A stretch of 64,000 nucleotides of DNA from Zygnema circumcarinatum SAG 698-1b (taxonomy: Eukaryota > Plantae > Zygnematophyceae). Location of the stretch: NCBI GenBank assembly GCA_037447605.1, contig CM074821.1, forward strand, positions 1,240,001-1,304,000, read 5' to 3'. Below are positions 38,463-50,476 of the stretch, piece after piece; the first letter of the stretch is position 1; every line of letters starts with the position of its first letter. The notes beneath the pieces were generated by a model. It was given only the letters and a program-made list of their open reading frames with translations. It ran no database searches and was not told where the DNA came from. A program made the position numbers and the translations under genes.

Positions 38463-40730
38463 ATGCTCATTGTCTCCCGCATGTCCTCCTTCACCGGCGT
38501 CTCCTTCTCCCTCGCCAACGCGGTCCTGCTGCTCGCGCTCTATTGGTTGCTGCTGCGGCCGCAGCCCGACACGGGGCAGCTGCGGGAGGCCCGCGACCCG
38601 CCGCTGCTTCAGCAGCAGAAGATGATATTGGAGCTCTCCCTGGGTCCTGCATCGCTGCTCTTTCCCCTTCCCTCTCCCCCTCTCTCTCCCTCAGCCCTTC
38701 GCATCCCCCTTCCCCCTTCCCCTTCCCCTTCCCCTCCCCTTCTTCTACCTTCTCCCCCTCCCACTTCCCCTGCACCCCCCCCTCCCCTTCTCCCTCACGA
38801 TCCCTCTCCCTCCCCCGCTCCCTCTTCCCCTCCCTCCCCCGTTCCCTCTCCCTCTCCCTTTCCCGCTTCCTCTCCCTCTCCCTCGTCCTCTCCCTCTTCC
38901 TCTCCCTCTCCCTCTCCCACTTCCGCGGCGCTCTCTCCTCCTGCACCCCCCCCTCCCCCTCTTCCTTGTCCGCCATGGCGCACCGGCCGCGGGGAGCAGA
39001 GCTTCGACCCCTCCTCGAAGTACCTCTACTACAAGCGCCACCCGAACGACTTCTTCGTCGGCGCGAGCCACCGCAAGTGGAGCGTCGCGTGCATGGCGGG
39101 GGAGGCCCTGCTGCTCCGCCGCGTGCTCGTGGTCGACATGGAGGTCGGCGTCCCGGCCTCGCACAACAACGGGACCGCCACGAGAAGGAAGGCGGAGCAG
39201 TACTACGACATTCAGTACATGCGCAGGTAGAGAGAGGAGGAGGGAGGGGGGGAGGGAGGAGGAGGGAGGGAGGGGTGCTGGAGGGAGGAAGGGAGGGGTG
39301 CTGGAGGGAGGGAGGGAGGGAGGGGCGCTGGAGAGAGGGAGGGGGGTTCTCGGGTGCGAGGGAGAGAGGGGGGGTCTCGGGAGAGCTTGATGCTTTGTTT
39401 CGTCTTTAAATCCTTTTGACGACAGAAGGATTTTATCAGTATAGCCGGTAGTTGTGAAGAATGATTAAGCAATTAACTTAAGGTCAAGTTTTTGAATACT
39501 AAAATGACAAAGTGAACTACAGTAATGAAGTCGCGAAGAAGACGGTTATTCGTTTCAGGTTCAACATAGTCCTGCTTTCACTTTCGCTTACTAAAATAAT
39601 GACCGGATTGCCGTCTTTTTCGTTTGCTGTTCTCGCTAAACTAATGAAATCACAGCATTTAAGAAGCAAATATTGGCACACGCAGACAGAACAGCCTGTC
39701 TATACTGCGACTGTTTAGATTAATCGATATTTGAACTAACACAACCTTTTCTTCATCAGTTAGGGCAAAATCTCCGAATCAAAAGCAGCGTGTCTCCCAA
39801 TCTGCATAGACCTCGCGGTAGACAGATTTTGCAAGTATCCCTCCCTCTCCCTCTCCCACTCACTCTCTTGCAGTGCCAACAGACGTAATGAGATGGTATT
39901 GAACATGGAAAGGGAAAATAATAAAAACCCCATTTCCCGGCGTTATCTGTTTGCGCATGTTCTACCGCGTATAAAACCGAAAGCAGTTATAAGTAAATTA
40001 TTGTCACTTCTATGTTACTAAGATTACTTTTTTTTCTCTGCGGAATTAAGACAATTACAGCTAACACACTAAACTTCAATATGCGATTCTATACATAAAC
40101 TAGAGAAGCATCATTCATTGATCTCATATTGTCACCTATACTCCACTGCAGCAGTGGGTTGAAGATTTCAGTGTTATTTTAAGAAGGAAGAGAGTCTCAG
40201 CACAGCTTTCCAGTAAATAAAGTTCTGAGAAGGTTGGCTTGGCTTCAAAAAGCGACTGACTAATGAAAAAATTGTCTCATACTCAACCATTTCATCGTGG
40301 ACTCTTCACTTAACGCCCCCTTAAACGTTTGGAACTTCAAACGAGTTCCCTTTAAAATGACCCACAGACTCACATTCTGACACATACATAACTATTATAA
40401 CTATTATTATTATCAGAACTATTATTATTATACTTTTACTCATTATGGCACGTATTGTACAAGTATATTATCTCAGTCCATTCAATTTGTTAGTGTCGCT
40501 AAGACCTATCCAAAGCATGCAGATTCTTCCCTATCATCGAGATGCCCACATTCTTGGAAGGCTGGAAAGCATGGGATGAAGCTCACCCTGACCAGAAGGT
40601 CACAGCTTTGAGAGCATCAATCACGAAAGGTCCCCTCCTTGGTCGCCTCCAATCCAGCAACGCCACGATCATCGTGCACACGTACAAGGAAAAAAACGAC
40701 TTTGCATACGTGTGCTGCAGGCGGAACAAG
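38463..40730 (+). CDS. SUB1/At4g12700-like O-fucosyltransferase-family protein, divergent third paralog (copy M); 3'-partial
   Basis: Exons 38463-39226 and 40523-40730, with the same intron positions and phases as copies L/R. TM segment AVLLLALYWLLL, Pro/Ser-rich stem, FDPSSKYLYY..SVACMAGEALLLRRVLVVD..YYDI, then FPIIEMPTFLEGWKAWD..S.ATII..VC..NK. Later exons not found before the gap at 41663. Confidence 0.72.
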
Positions 40731-40799
40731 GTGAGCCTTGACCAGCTCGCCGTCTGTTCTTCTTACGCTTCTAGCTTGCAAGATCTGCGGGTGTTGCGG

Positions 40800-41662
40800 A
40801 GAAAGAGGGGGAGAGAGAGGGGGGACAGAGAGGGGTGAGGGGGAGAGAGGGGGGAGAGAGGGGGGACAGAGGGGGGAGAGAGAGGGGTAGAGAGAGGGGG
40901 GACAGAGAGGGGGAGAGAGAGGGGTACAGAGAGGGGGGACAGAAGGGGGGAGAGAGGGGGAGAGAGAGGGGGAAGAGAGGGGGAGAGAGAGGGGGAGAGA
41001 GAGGGGGCCTCAGAGGGGGGGAGGGAGAGGGGGAGAGAGAGGGGGGACAGAGAGGGGGGAGAGAGAGGGGTAGAGAGAGGGGGGACAGAGAGGGGGGAGA
41101 GAGAGGGGGAGAGAGAGGGGGGACAGAAAGGGGGGAGAGAGGGGGGACAGAGAGGGGGGAGAGAGAGGGGTAGAGAGAGGGGGGACAGAGAGGGGGGACA
41201 GAGAGGGGTAGAGAGAGGGGGGACAGAAAGGGGGGAGAGAGAGGGGGAGAGAGAGGGGGAGAGAGAGGGGGAGAGAGGGGGAGAGAGAGGAGGGACAGAG
41301 AGGGGGAGAGAGAGGGGGAGAGAGAGGGGGCGAGAGAGGGGAAGAGAGAGGGGGGACAGAAAGGGGGGAGAGAGGGGGGAGAGGACAGAGGGGGAGAGAG
41401 AGGGGGATTAGAGAGGGGGAGAGAGGGGGGAGAAGAGAGGACAGAGAGAGGGGGAGAGAGAGAGGGGTAGAGAGAGGGGGGACAGAAAGGGGGGAGAGAG
41501 GGGGAGAGAGAGGGGGAAAAGAGAGGGGGGAGAGAGAGGGGGAGAGAGAGTGGGGTCAGAAAGGGGGGAGAGAGGGGGAGAGAGAGAGGGGGGACAGAGG
41601 GGGAGAGAGGGAGAGAGGGGGGACAGAGGGGGAGAGGGGGAGAGGGGGGACAGAGGGGGAGA
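40800..41662. repeat. GA-rich (GAGAGGGGG/GACAGAGGGGG) minisatellite tract running into a scaffold gap
   Basis: ~860 bp of near purine-only repeat units. Confidence 0.9.
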
Positions 41663-42333
41663 NNNNNNNNNNNNNNNNNNNNNNNNNNNNNNNNNNNNNN
41701 NNNNNNNNNNNNNNNNNNNNNNNNNNNNNNNNNNNNNNNNNNNNNNNNNNNNNNNNNNNNNNCAGCCAGCGTCTGCGACCGCCGGAAGCGTCGTATCTTT
41801 ACGCCGTGATCGGCCGGCCGCGGGATTTTGTTCTATGTTGGCGTGAGATTTTGGTGCCTCGGCGCCCGTTTGGATCACCTTTCACCGCCGGTCGCCCATC
41901 GGCTGCTTTCGAGATCTGCGGCCGGAAGCCTCACCGGCGATCTTGGTACGCTTTTGCTCCGGCCAGCGTATTTCGAGTAAGCGCAGCGTTGCACAACCTA
42001 CGGCTAACTGGCGTGCTGCCGGTTGTTAGTGAGAAGCGCGTGTTGGTGGGCTTCCGCCCGGCTCCCTCACTACGGCGTGCACCAGCATCGGTGACCTTGG
42101 CGAGCACAACTTACAGGGGCTGCGTTGTTGTACTGGCGTGAATTTTCGCTCACAAACGTTTTATTGTGTTTAGGTCTTTGTGACGATCTTAAAATAGTTC
42201 AGCATTTTGCACTTTATCGTATATAGAATTTGATAGAGGCGTATTGGCGAGTTAAATAGTTTGCGTTTTGATTATATTATATAGTCGTAATTAATCCGTC
42301 CTGCATGCAGCGTCTTTCCATTTAGGGTTGTCA

Positions 42334-42511
42334 CAGTGGAGCCCCCGATATTTTCGCCCTGCTTATTTTCGCTCCCCGATATTTTTCGCCACAATTTGCA
42401 AAACAGCTTTTTTAATATAATCTTGCCCTTTATTGTTACTTAGCCATATATTTCGCTGCGATATTTTCGCCCAATATTTGCGAAACCGTGGCGAAAATAT
42501 TGGGGATACTA
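42334..42511. mobile_element. Diverged copy of MITE family A
   Basis: Starts CAGTGGAGCCCCCGATATTTTCGCC and ends GGCGAAAATATTGGGGATACT. Interior matches the reverse complement of 357-547 (CTTATTTTCGCTCCCC, GTTTTTTAATATAAT, ATATTTTCGCCCAATATTTGC). Confidence 0.65.
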
Positions 42512-43477
42512 TACCCCGCCCCCACTGCGTGACATTTGCCAAAAGTACAATGTACGGTATCAAGTCGTACGGGTATACCGCAAAACATAATGTATGCATT
42601 GTTACTATAAATGTGGAATGACAAACGGGTCATTACCGATATAGTGACACAAATGCGTGGGGACCGACACAGTCACTATAACGTGATTAGACTGTACCGT
42701 ACAGAGGATCTGTTGAACGGTAGTGCTGCACCTGCACAAAGGTGGATCCGCCAGTTGGTAAGCGCCACCTGGCGCCCAGGACTTTTCGGCCCCGGGCAAG
42801 AGTCCAAACCGCCGCCCTTCGGGCGCACGGGACGGCCGTTTGGTCCGTACGGCCCCATTCATGGCTTGATCCGGCGGGGCCAAGGGACCGTACACCCCTG
42901 GCACTGTGCAACGACCGTACATTTTTGTACAGTAGCGGTACGGACCAGGCCCCTTCTGCTGTCCTGGGGCTGAGATAGGGCGACAGAACACGACAAAAGT
43001 CTTCTGTGAAGTCTCTAGTTTTATTTTCACCTTTCTTTCCATCGTTGAACAACCGCGCTGGGGCCTCTGACAGCCGTTCGATCGCGATCGGACGGCTATT
43101 AGAGGGGCATGACGCGACGGACGTCGACAGGGAGGGCGGCGCCTTGGCGCTGGAGGGAGGAGCAGTCAGGGCCTCGGCCATGGCGTGCGGGCCCTTGGCA
43201 GCTGCGGGGGATCAGGAGCAGCAGCAGCAGGAGGAGGAGGAGCAAGGAGCCATGGCAGCGGTTCTAAATGCTGCGAAGTAAGGAGGACGCGTGAGCATAA
43301 GTGACGCGTCCTCAAGGCGAGGAAGGCGGGGGGGCAGAAGCGGGAAAAGGGAGAGGCTATGCACAGGTTTTTGAGCTTTCAGAAGCATTTCTGTTGGAGG
43401 AAGAGGAGAGGGAGAGAGGAGGAAGGGAGGCTCGCGGTTTAGGTCAGCGTGCTTCCAGTAATTAGGAAAGGATAGCC

Positions 43478-46400
43478 ATGGCTGCTGCGGAGGGAGCTGC
43501 GCGAGGACTTGCAGGGCGACGGGGACGACGGCATGGTCGCAAGCTGGAGGAGAGAGGGGAGGGCGGGCAGGGACTCTCCCTCCGAGTGGGAGGCGCGCTG
43601 GTTGCAGGAATAGCGCTGGCACTCCTTCTGGCAGGGCATGCGGGAGCGGGATGGAGGGTGGAGGCAGAGAGGCTGTGGGAGGAAGGGAGGGACCAGCGAG
43701 AGGGAGGCCTGCAGGAGAGTGGCGGAGAAGGAGGGGGGACTTTTTCTTCTGAAGAGTCTCTCGGCGGAAGGCATCTGCTTTACAAGCGGGGGAGGGGGAG
43801 GGGGAAGTCTTACCCTAAGCTGGGGCCATGGCCGGTAAGAATTCGCTTCTGAGAGTCCTGAGGCAGGAATTTTAATTAGGATCGAAGGCACATCCTTACA
43901 GTTATGAAATCGAACGAATGCGTGCACTTGAGCTGAGTTATGATGGAGTGGAACTCCTTCAGTAGGGTCATAGTAAACAGCAGCATCAGCTACAGTGAAA
44001 TTTGAAAGGGGTTGAAGCTATCAGCTTTCGGTGCTTTCTGTTGCCTTTGTGGATACGTGGAGTTGGCCTTGCTGCGCTCCTGCTATTGTTCGCCTTGTTA
44101 GGGCTAAGTCTATGGTGGACTTAAATACCTTTGGAGGAAATCGCGCAAGAAAGAAGAAAGTGATTGAAAGTGCGCATGAAGTGCGCAATCGTTGGGGAAC
44201 AATAGTCTACGTCCTAATGTCCATTCTATCTGCTGCAGGGCGTTGATTTGTCTTATGTAGGCAGTCATATGCGACGGCACTATCGATTTTTAGACCTCAA
44301 AGCGAAGAGATGCGGATTAATTCGAGATTTGAGGGGGCTGTTGTGGAACGACCACGCCAACTATGATAACTTAACCAGATGGAAAAGTCCGGCTATCCCG
44401 GGATCTATGTTCGACCATACAATAAGCTTTCGCTATCCGGAGGACAAAGAAGTGGAACGAACTCCTCCGTCATACACACTTCAAAGTATCCAGGTGAGAA
44501 AAGAGTGCAGGAGGTGTTGTTGCAAGAACAACAGGTGAAAATAACCGAGCATCTGCAGTGGGGTTAATGAGACACTAAGTTTGATATCCTGATTAGCCTC
44601 TGAGGGGACAGCAGTGACTGCCCTGTTCAAGGGCTACATTCCATGCAAACATCATTCTGCAGTGTGGCGCTGAAAAAATGGGAGCGATTATTAAATTATT
44701 CTCTTGGCTATATGAGTTTCTCTTGAATGCAGTGCACTGTCCTTCTTCGGGGTGTTGACTACGAGAAGCTGAGAGATTGTCCTCTTGTGAAACAAAGGCC
44801 ATTTGACGGAGAAGTAGTTGCACCGCGCGTCGAGCCGGACGAGCAGCTCACTCTCATAGCCGTGGTCTTTCCGCAGGTGACCCGCCACGACCTCCGGCTG
44901 AGAACCATCAGACTCCGTTTGGATGGCAAATTTGCATGAAGCTGACCAGACTCAGAGCTGCGACTTCGTTCCATTGCCATTTTTCACCGCGTTCTCGATT
45001 GCTCTCTCACTGCTTCTCCTGTAGACGGTGCCCCCTAGCTTGATCTGTGGCCTTTGACAGCTGCAGTGCCGCTACTTTCTTGGCAGTATCACGCCTTCGA
45101 GAAGAACAACCAGTTTTGGGGCACCAACTTCACGGAGTGGTCGAACCTGAAGTTGGCCTTCTTCAACCCCTGGACGCTGCAGACCATCAAGCACCCCATC
45201 AGCAGCCATGGCGGCTACTACAACTTTCTGGATCACGACCAGCGCCAACTCACAGGGCGCTTGGCGAAGCATTACGGAATTGGGGTGAGCACAGGCTCAA
45301 CAAAATGCCCAACATGGAGTTTGCTTTATGAGGCAACTGAATCTGCAACGTAGAGTGCAATGAAACGAAGCTGTTTCAGAGAAATCATGTTTCCGTTTGC
45401 TGGGAAGTTGGGTTTCAGGGTTTGGCTTACCACCACTATTGGTATAATTGCGACACGCGATTCATGGAAGAGCCTCTCCTGCGCATTTTGGAAGATGGAG
45501 AACCAGACCTTCCCTTCTCTTTCATTTGGGCCAATCACGCTTGGACGCGTGTCTGGGATGGCTTCAATGGAGAGGTCCTCCAAGATCAGGTGAGATGCAC
45601 TGGCGAGCCGTCGAGAGCCACCGCAACCAGTAGCATGCACACACACACACACACACAACTCCGCACACTGGAATGGGTACATCGAATCTACCGAAATAGA
45701 TTACTCCCTCACACGTGAAGCTCCTCTTGCCTTTTTGCTCACGCTGCAGAAGTACGGAGAAGAGCATTGCTGGCGTCGGCATTTTGAGTGGCTCCTGCCC
45801 TTTTTTTTGAAAGCCCAAAGTACATCAAAGTCAACGGAAAACCTCTATTCGTGTTCTATGTCCTACACGAAATCCCTCCAGGAGTGTTTGAAGCCATGGT
45901 GGCTCTCTGGCGGGAGCTCGCAGTAGAGAAGGGACTTCCGGGATTGCACATAGTGCAGTCCCTCAATTTGTGGGACACCGAGGTTTCCCCTGTTGTAGAC
46001 GCTGTGATGGAGTACCAACCCAACATGCGGCGCGCCTATGTGAAGCATCAGACAGAAGCTCGGGCTGAGAAAAGGATGCACCCCACGCACTACAGAGGCG
46101 AGTATTTGGGATGGGATAACTTTCCAAGGCATAATTCAGAGCTTGGATATGTGAACGGGGGCTTTGACGACGACCCCATCCATGTGGAGGCGAGGCTGAG
46201 GCATCGGATGAGGGTGGCAAGGAGGGACCCCAACAAGGAGACTCCCAACCTCTTCTTTCTCACCGCTTGGAACGAGTGGGGGGAGGGGAACAATCTCGAG
46301 CCTGACAACGTGTTCGGGTAAGCGACGGTCCACTTGACCTAAAGTCAAGGAAGGGGGGGGCAGAGAGTGGGAGAGGGAGGAAGGCTAGGGAGGATCAGAA

Positions 46401-47873
46401 TGGGACTGGTTTCAACTCTACAACGAGTCGTATGGATAATAGGAATTTTAGTTCATCTACTGCGGCAGTTCGGCCGATTCAGCTGTTTTGAGTAGAACTC
46501 ATCACTGGGAAGGAGGCTGGGTCCACACTGCAGACCGATTGAGATCTTGAGAAATTCAGAATTCAATGTTATTTTTAAAACACGTTCACATGCTCAAAAG
46601 TTAAGCTTTACTCGGTGGGTAAGGGGTAAGCTGCACCACCAAGAAGTCCCGTAAAGTCACCTGAAGTAGACCTCGTGATGATCTAGTTTTTTCCAGACTG
46701 ACTGTTCCCTCTACCTTCCTCCTTTCTTTCTCTCCCCTCTTCCTGCCTTCCTCAGATCGCTTCCTCCACCTCTCACTCTTGCCTTTCTGAGGAAGCGACA
46801 ACTGAACCAAAACCTTTTGTCTAGACAGGTCCATCGGAATGGACACTTCTGTTTGAAGGCCTGACACGAGAAGATTGTCAAACTCAGTTTTTCAGTTCAG
46901 GCTTTTATTATGTGTCGTAAGTGGCCCATGGCATATTTAAGCTAGTCATTAGGCAAAAATCTGATCGCGTTTTTCTGAAAGAGTATTGGTTCTTCAATGG
47001 AAGTTTGATTAGCCGCTTTGTCGTTTGTCCAACCTAAATTAAGTGACATATGGCAACTACAATAATGACGGGCTCTTAGACGAACAGAAGGAATACAGCA
47101 GAAGAGTGATTTTTTCATTTATTTCACTTTTACTTCCCGCCTACAAGACTGAAACATCTGAACTGGCGGTACTCCTGGCTTACCCTTGGAGTCCATTTCT
47201 TGAGCATTCTCCTCCTTGAGCACGCAGAACCATATCTTGCAACTGCCGATGGATAAATGAGTTGGCTCCACTTCTACTCCTCGAGTAATTGAACCCTGAT
47301 TCGTAGTGTATTAGGAACTAGATGCTCTCGTCAGCCTGCACTTTAGGGAGGTTTTAGAGACTCCAGCCTCTTTTGCAGTTACCCATTCTTACTGACTGTT
47401 TATGGTTTGCCGTTCTTGTGAATGGTTCTCCCTGTTTAAACTTCAGATATGGCAACTTGAATGCTGTGGCATCTGCATACACCCGCAGCAAGGCTCCCTA
47501 CGAAACATTAAGCGACAAGCAAGTGTTGGAGCGCCTTATTGGAAGCATGGAAAGCTGCAAATTAGTGCTTGACATCATTTTGTATACACAGACGTATGAC
47601 ATCGACTTCCGGCAGTATGGATCCTACAGTGAGTGGGAGGGGCCCAAAAACTCAACGGAAATGCGTTATTCCATGATGTCCAAGCGACGGCAAAAATATG
47701 CCGAGCATTGGCAGGAGGTAGGCTTCTTCTTAGGCCGAGAATTTCGCCTCATTTCGAATTCGGAAGCGTTGGAAAACGGGGCCCCTCGTTTGAAATTGTG
47801 TAAATTGTTGATGAATGCCATTCTAGACAAAGTAGTTGTCCGATATTACTTTGAACTAGTTGACGAATCTTAG
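43478..47873 (+). CDS. WbsX-family (Glyco_tran_WbsX / GH99-like fold) glycosyltransferase with N-terminal membrane anchor, 7 exons, ~705 aa if the T8 frameshift at 45801-45808 is corrected
   Basis: Exons 43478-43834, 44239-44493, 44733-44876, 45087-45284, 45419-45589, 45750-46317, 47447-47873, all GT-AG. Motifs in family order: LIAVVFPQYH..NNQFWG..FTEW.N; GYYN..LAKHYGI.G..Y.HYW; EPDLPFSFIWANHAWTRVWDG; Q.YG..HFEWLLPFF.SPKYIKVNGKP; WDNFPR; FLTAWNEWGEGNNLEPD..FGYG.L.AV. Confidence 0.88.
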
Positions 47874-49930
47874 GATGGTTGACCTAGGCCATTATGTGGA
47901 TATATATCTCGTAGGGCGTATTGGGCACGCCCATGGTCAGACATAGGTACATCAAAAGAGCCCTTACCTCAGTGTAGTTTCTCTTTTTTGTCCACAAAAG
48001 AAAAAAAGGTACTCTGTAGCTCGTTGCGATATTGATCCAAATGATTCTTTTGATGTGTGGAATTCTGACGGCTGTCTATCAGTCGTTGGCCTCCTACATA
48101 AGAGGTGAAGTCAGATTTCATAATTCAGTCCATGAATGAACCTGCTCCCGACTTTCTGCTGCTGCATTCACTTTAGTTCCAAGTATGCATAATCGAATAT
48201 GCCAATGTAGTGACAGGAGGACGCTTGGCTCGACGAGCTGAAGTACATGGCCTTACAGCCGCTGCCTCGCTCTTCTCAGTCTCGTAAACATGCGCAGGGT
48301 GGGCCCTCCTTCCTCTGCCACTCCCAAGGTGCCTCCGGGAGAACCGGTCCCTCCAGTTCCCCAACTAAAGAAAATGGTAGTGCACAAGGGACAGGAAAAG
48401 GCCAAGGGTTTGCATGAGAGTTGCTGCCAGCAGACTCCAATATAGGCTTCAGTACCTTCGAGCCCTACTTGGCAACAATGAGGGGAATTTGGGTCCAATG
48501 AGAAGGACGGCCCCGAAAAGTCTTCGATGAGATTCGCCTCTCCTGCTCTCTTTCCTGGCGCTTTAACTCTATCGCTGCGTCCTCTGCCTGCTTTCTATCT
48601 CTCGCTGCTTTCATCTGCTTCCTGATGGATTGCCCGACTGTCCTACTCGCCATCTGTGCCGACACTCGGCAGTAGGAGTGAGAAGCGCGAGGGAGGCGTC
48701 ACTAACAAATCGATAACAGGAACAAGTGAACAGGTGCAGAAGCAAAATCTATTGCTGCAGGTGCAAGTTGCTGTGCGTCTAGGCGAAGAAGGCGAAAATG
48801 AGGACGAGGGAGAGAGAGGGAGCGGGCAGGGAGGAAGGGGAGGAGGGAGAGAGCGGGGGTGAGGGCGGGGGCGAACCGGGTAGGGGTTGTCCGACTTAGC
48901 AAAAAGTTACTAAAAGTTTGCGATCAGTATTGCGAAAAGCAAAGTTACTGACGTCTGATAATGTTTGCTTTGCCGAACCTGAACCGAACCTGCTGCATGT
49001 CAACCGTGCATAAAGTGCAAGTCCACTTGTTGGACGGCGCGGCCCAAACGTTCTGTCCGTACAGCTCGTCCCAAAAAGTATTGTTCGTACAACTCGTCCC
49101 AAAACGTACTGACCGTACAGTCTATCCGTACGAATTCGTCCGTTCCCGAAAGGGCGGAGTGACGAAACGGGCGTCATCGTGACGTCATGGCGGTACTGGC
49201 GTCCCCCTTCCTGCCCGCCGCCTGCCGCCTCCTCCCCCTCCGCCTGCCATGGCCCGCCCCTCCTGCCGGCGCCCCTGCTGGCGGAAGCATAGTGTTCAAG
49301 CTTGCAGGGAGGTGCTTCGTTTCATTGTAGGTGAGGGGTTGAAGACGGTGCTTGCAATCCTTGGAGGAGCATGTCCAAGTATAACTATGTTGTTCGAGTC
49401 TCATTAATGTATAAAGACTTCTTCCTATACTTTTTTTCTTTTTTGCACTTCTCGTGTGTGATTCCCTCATCGTTTGCTTTGAATTAAAATGGGCATATGC
49501 ATGAAAGAAATTGAATAAAGTAGAGAAAATGTGGGGGCAAGGGGGGAGAGTGCAGGAGGGTGCCTATAGGATCGTGGTTTGTTTGGGTGTTTTGCAACAC
49601 ATTCCTTGGAATCCCTTAAACTACTATCAAATGAATACGCATACATGCGCATTTCAGGGAATTCCCTTGAGTAGAGGCCTGGGTTTGGGGGTTAGGGTTA
49701 AGGTTTTTTCTCTACTTCCTAGCCAATCAACACCTCTTGAAAGTCTCATAGTTGTCGATTGTTGACTGACTCCCTTTTCAGTTGTGAACGCAATCAATCC
49801 ATCCCTCCCTTGAGGCTATTTTTTATCATATGACGAGCTGTATGTATTGAAAATGCAAAGTATGTGGCATTGATCTCCCCATGGCTATGCCATCACATGC
49901 TTATGGACAACATCAAGAACATGGGGAACC

Positions 49931-50268
49931 TGTAGCGAAACGCTACAGTCACCCACGGGAGGTGTACTTAGGGCGCGCTCCGTCCTAGTACTCTCACCCC
50001 AGGCGCGGGCCGAGTGGCCAAGGCGTCGGGGACCACCTAGGACCGGGAAGGGTCCTGGGATCGAACCTTGCGAAGGTTGCAAGGGTTCGATGCGGCGCGG
50101 TATACTGAGACATATATGNNNNNNNNNNGTACGCCTGAGCCGTACGGTTGTACGGAGGCCTTGTACGGCCGAACCGCACAATTAATCTCCAGAATGCCGG
50201 CGGCATTATGGTAACGGTCTCCATGACGCGCTGGGCATCATGGTGTCTGTAGCGTTCAGTTCGCTACA
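49931..50268. mobile_element. Possible TG...CA bounded LTR-like or TIR element, interrupted by a 10-N gap
   Basis: Left end TGTAGCGAAACGCTACAGTC; right end reverse-complements to TGTAGCGAACTGAACGCTACAGAC. No matching target-site duplication is seen. Confidence 0.35.
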
Positions 50269-50476
50269 CCCACCCTCCTCTCTCCTCATAATGTTTGGAT
50301 GCATGCCAGAGCACAGTGGAACGATAGTGGCTCCCCAATTGTCAGTTTTAAGAACATCATAGGCTTGGGACAATATATGTGCATTTTTTTTGCGCAGTAC
50401 ATGTTACAGCAACCCTGTCGACTCCTAAATTTAGAAACTCTAGATTCAAGACCGGAAAAGCTTGAGCCTTTTGCAG

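Noticed and set aside
43478-47873. Bacterial contamination or a recently inserted prokaryotic operon
   Set aside because: The WbsX-like gene has six phase-consistent GT-AG introns and host-like flanks and repeats.
50002-50098. tRNA gene
   Set aside because: A- and B-box-like motifs are present, but I could not build an acceptor stem or anticodon arm.
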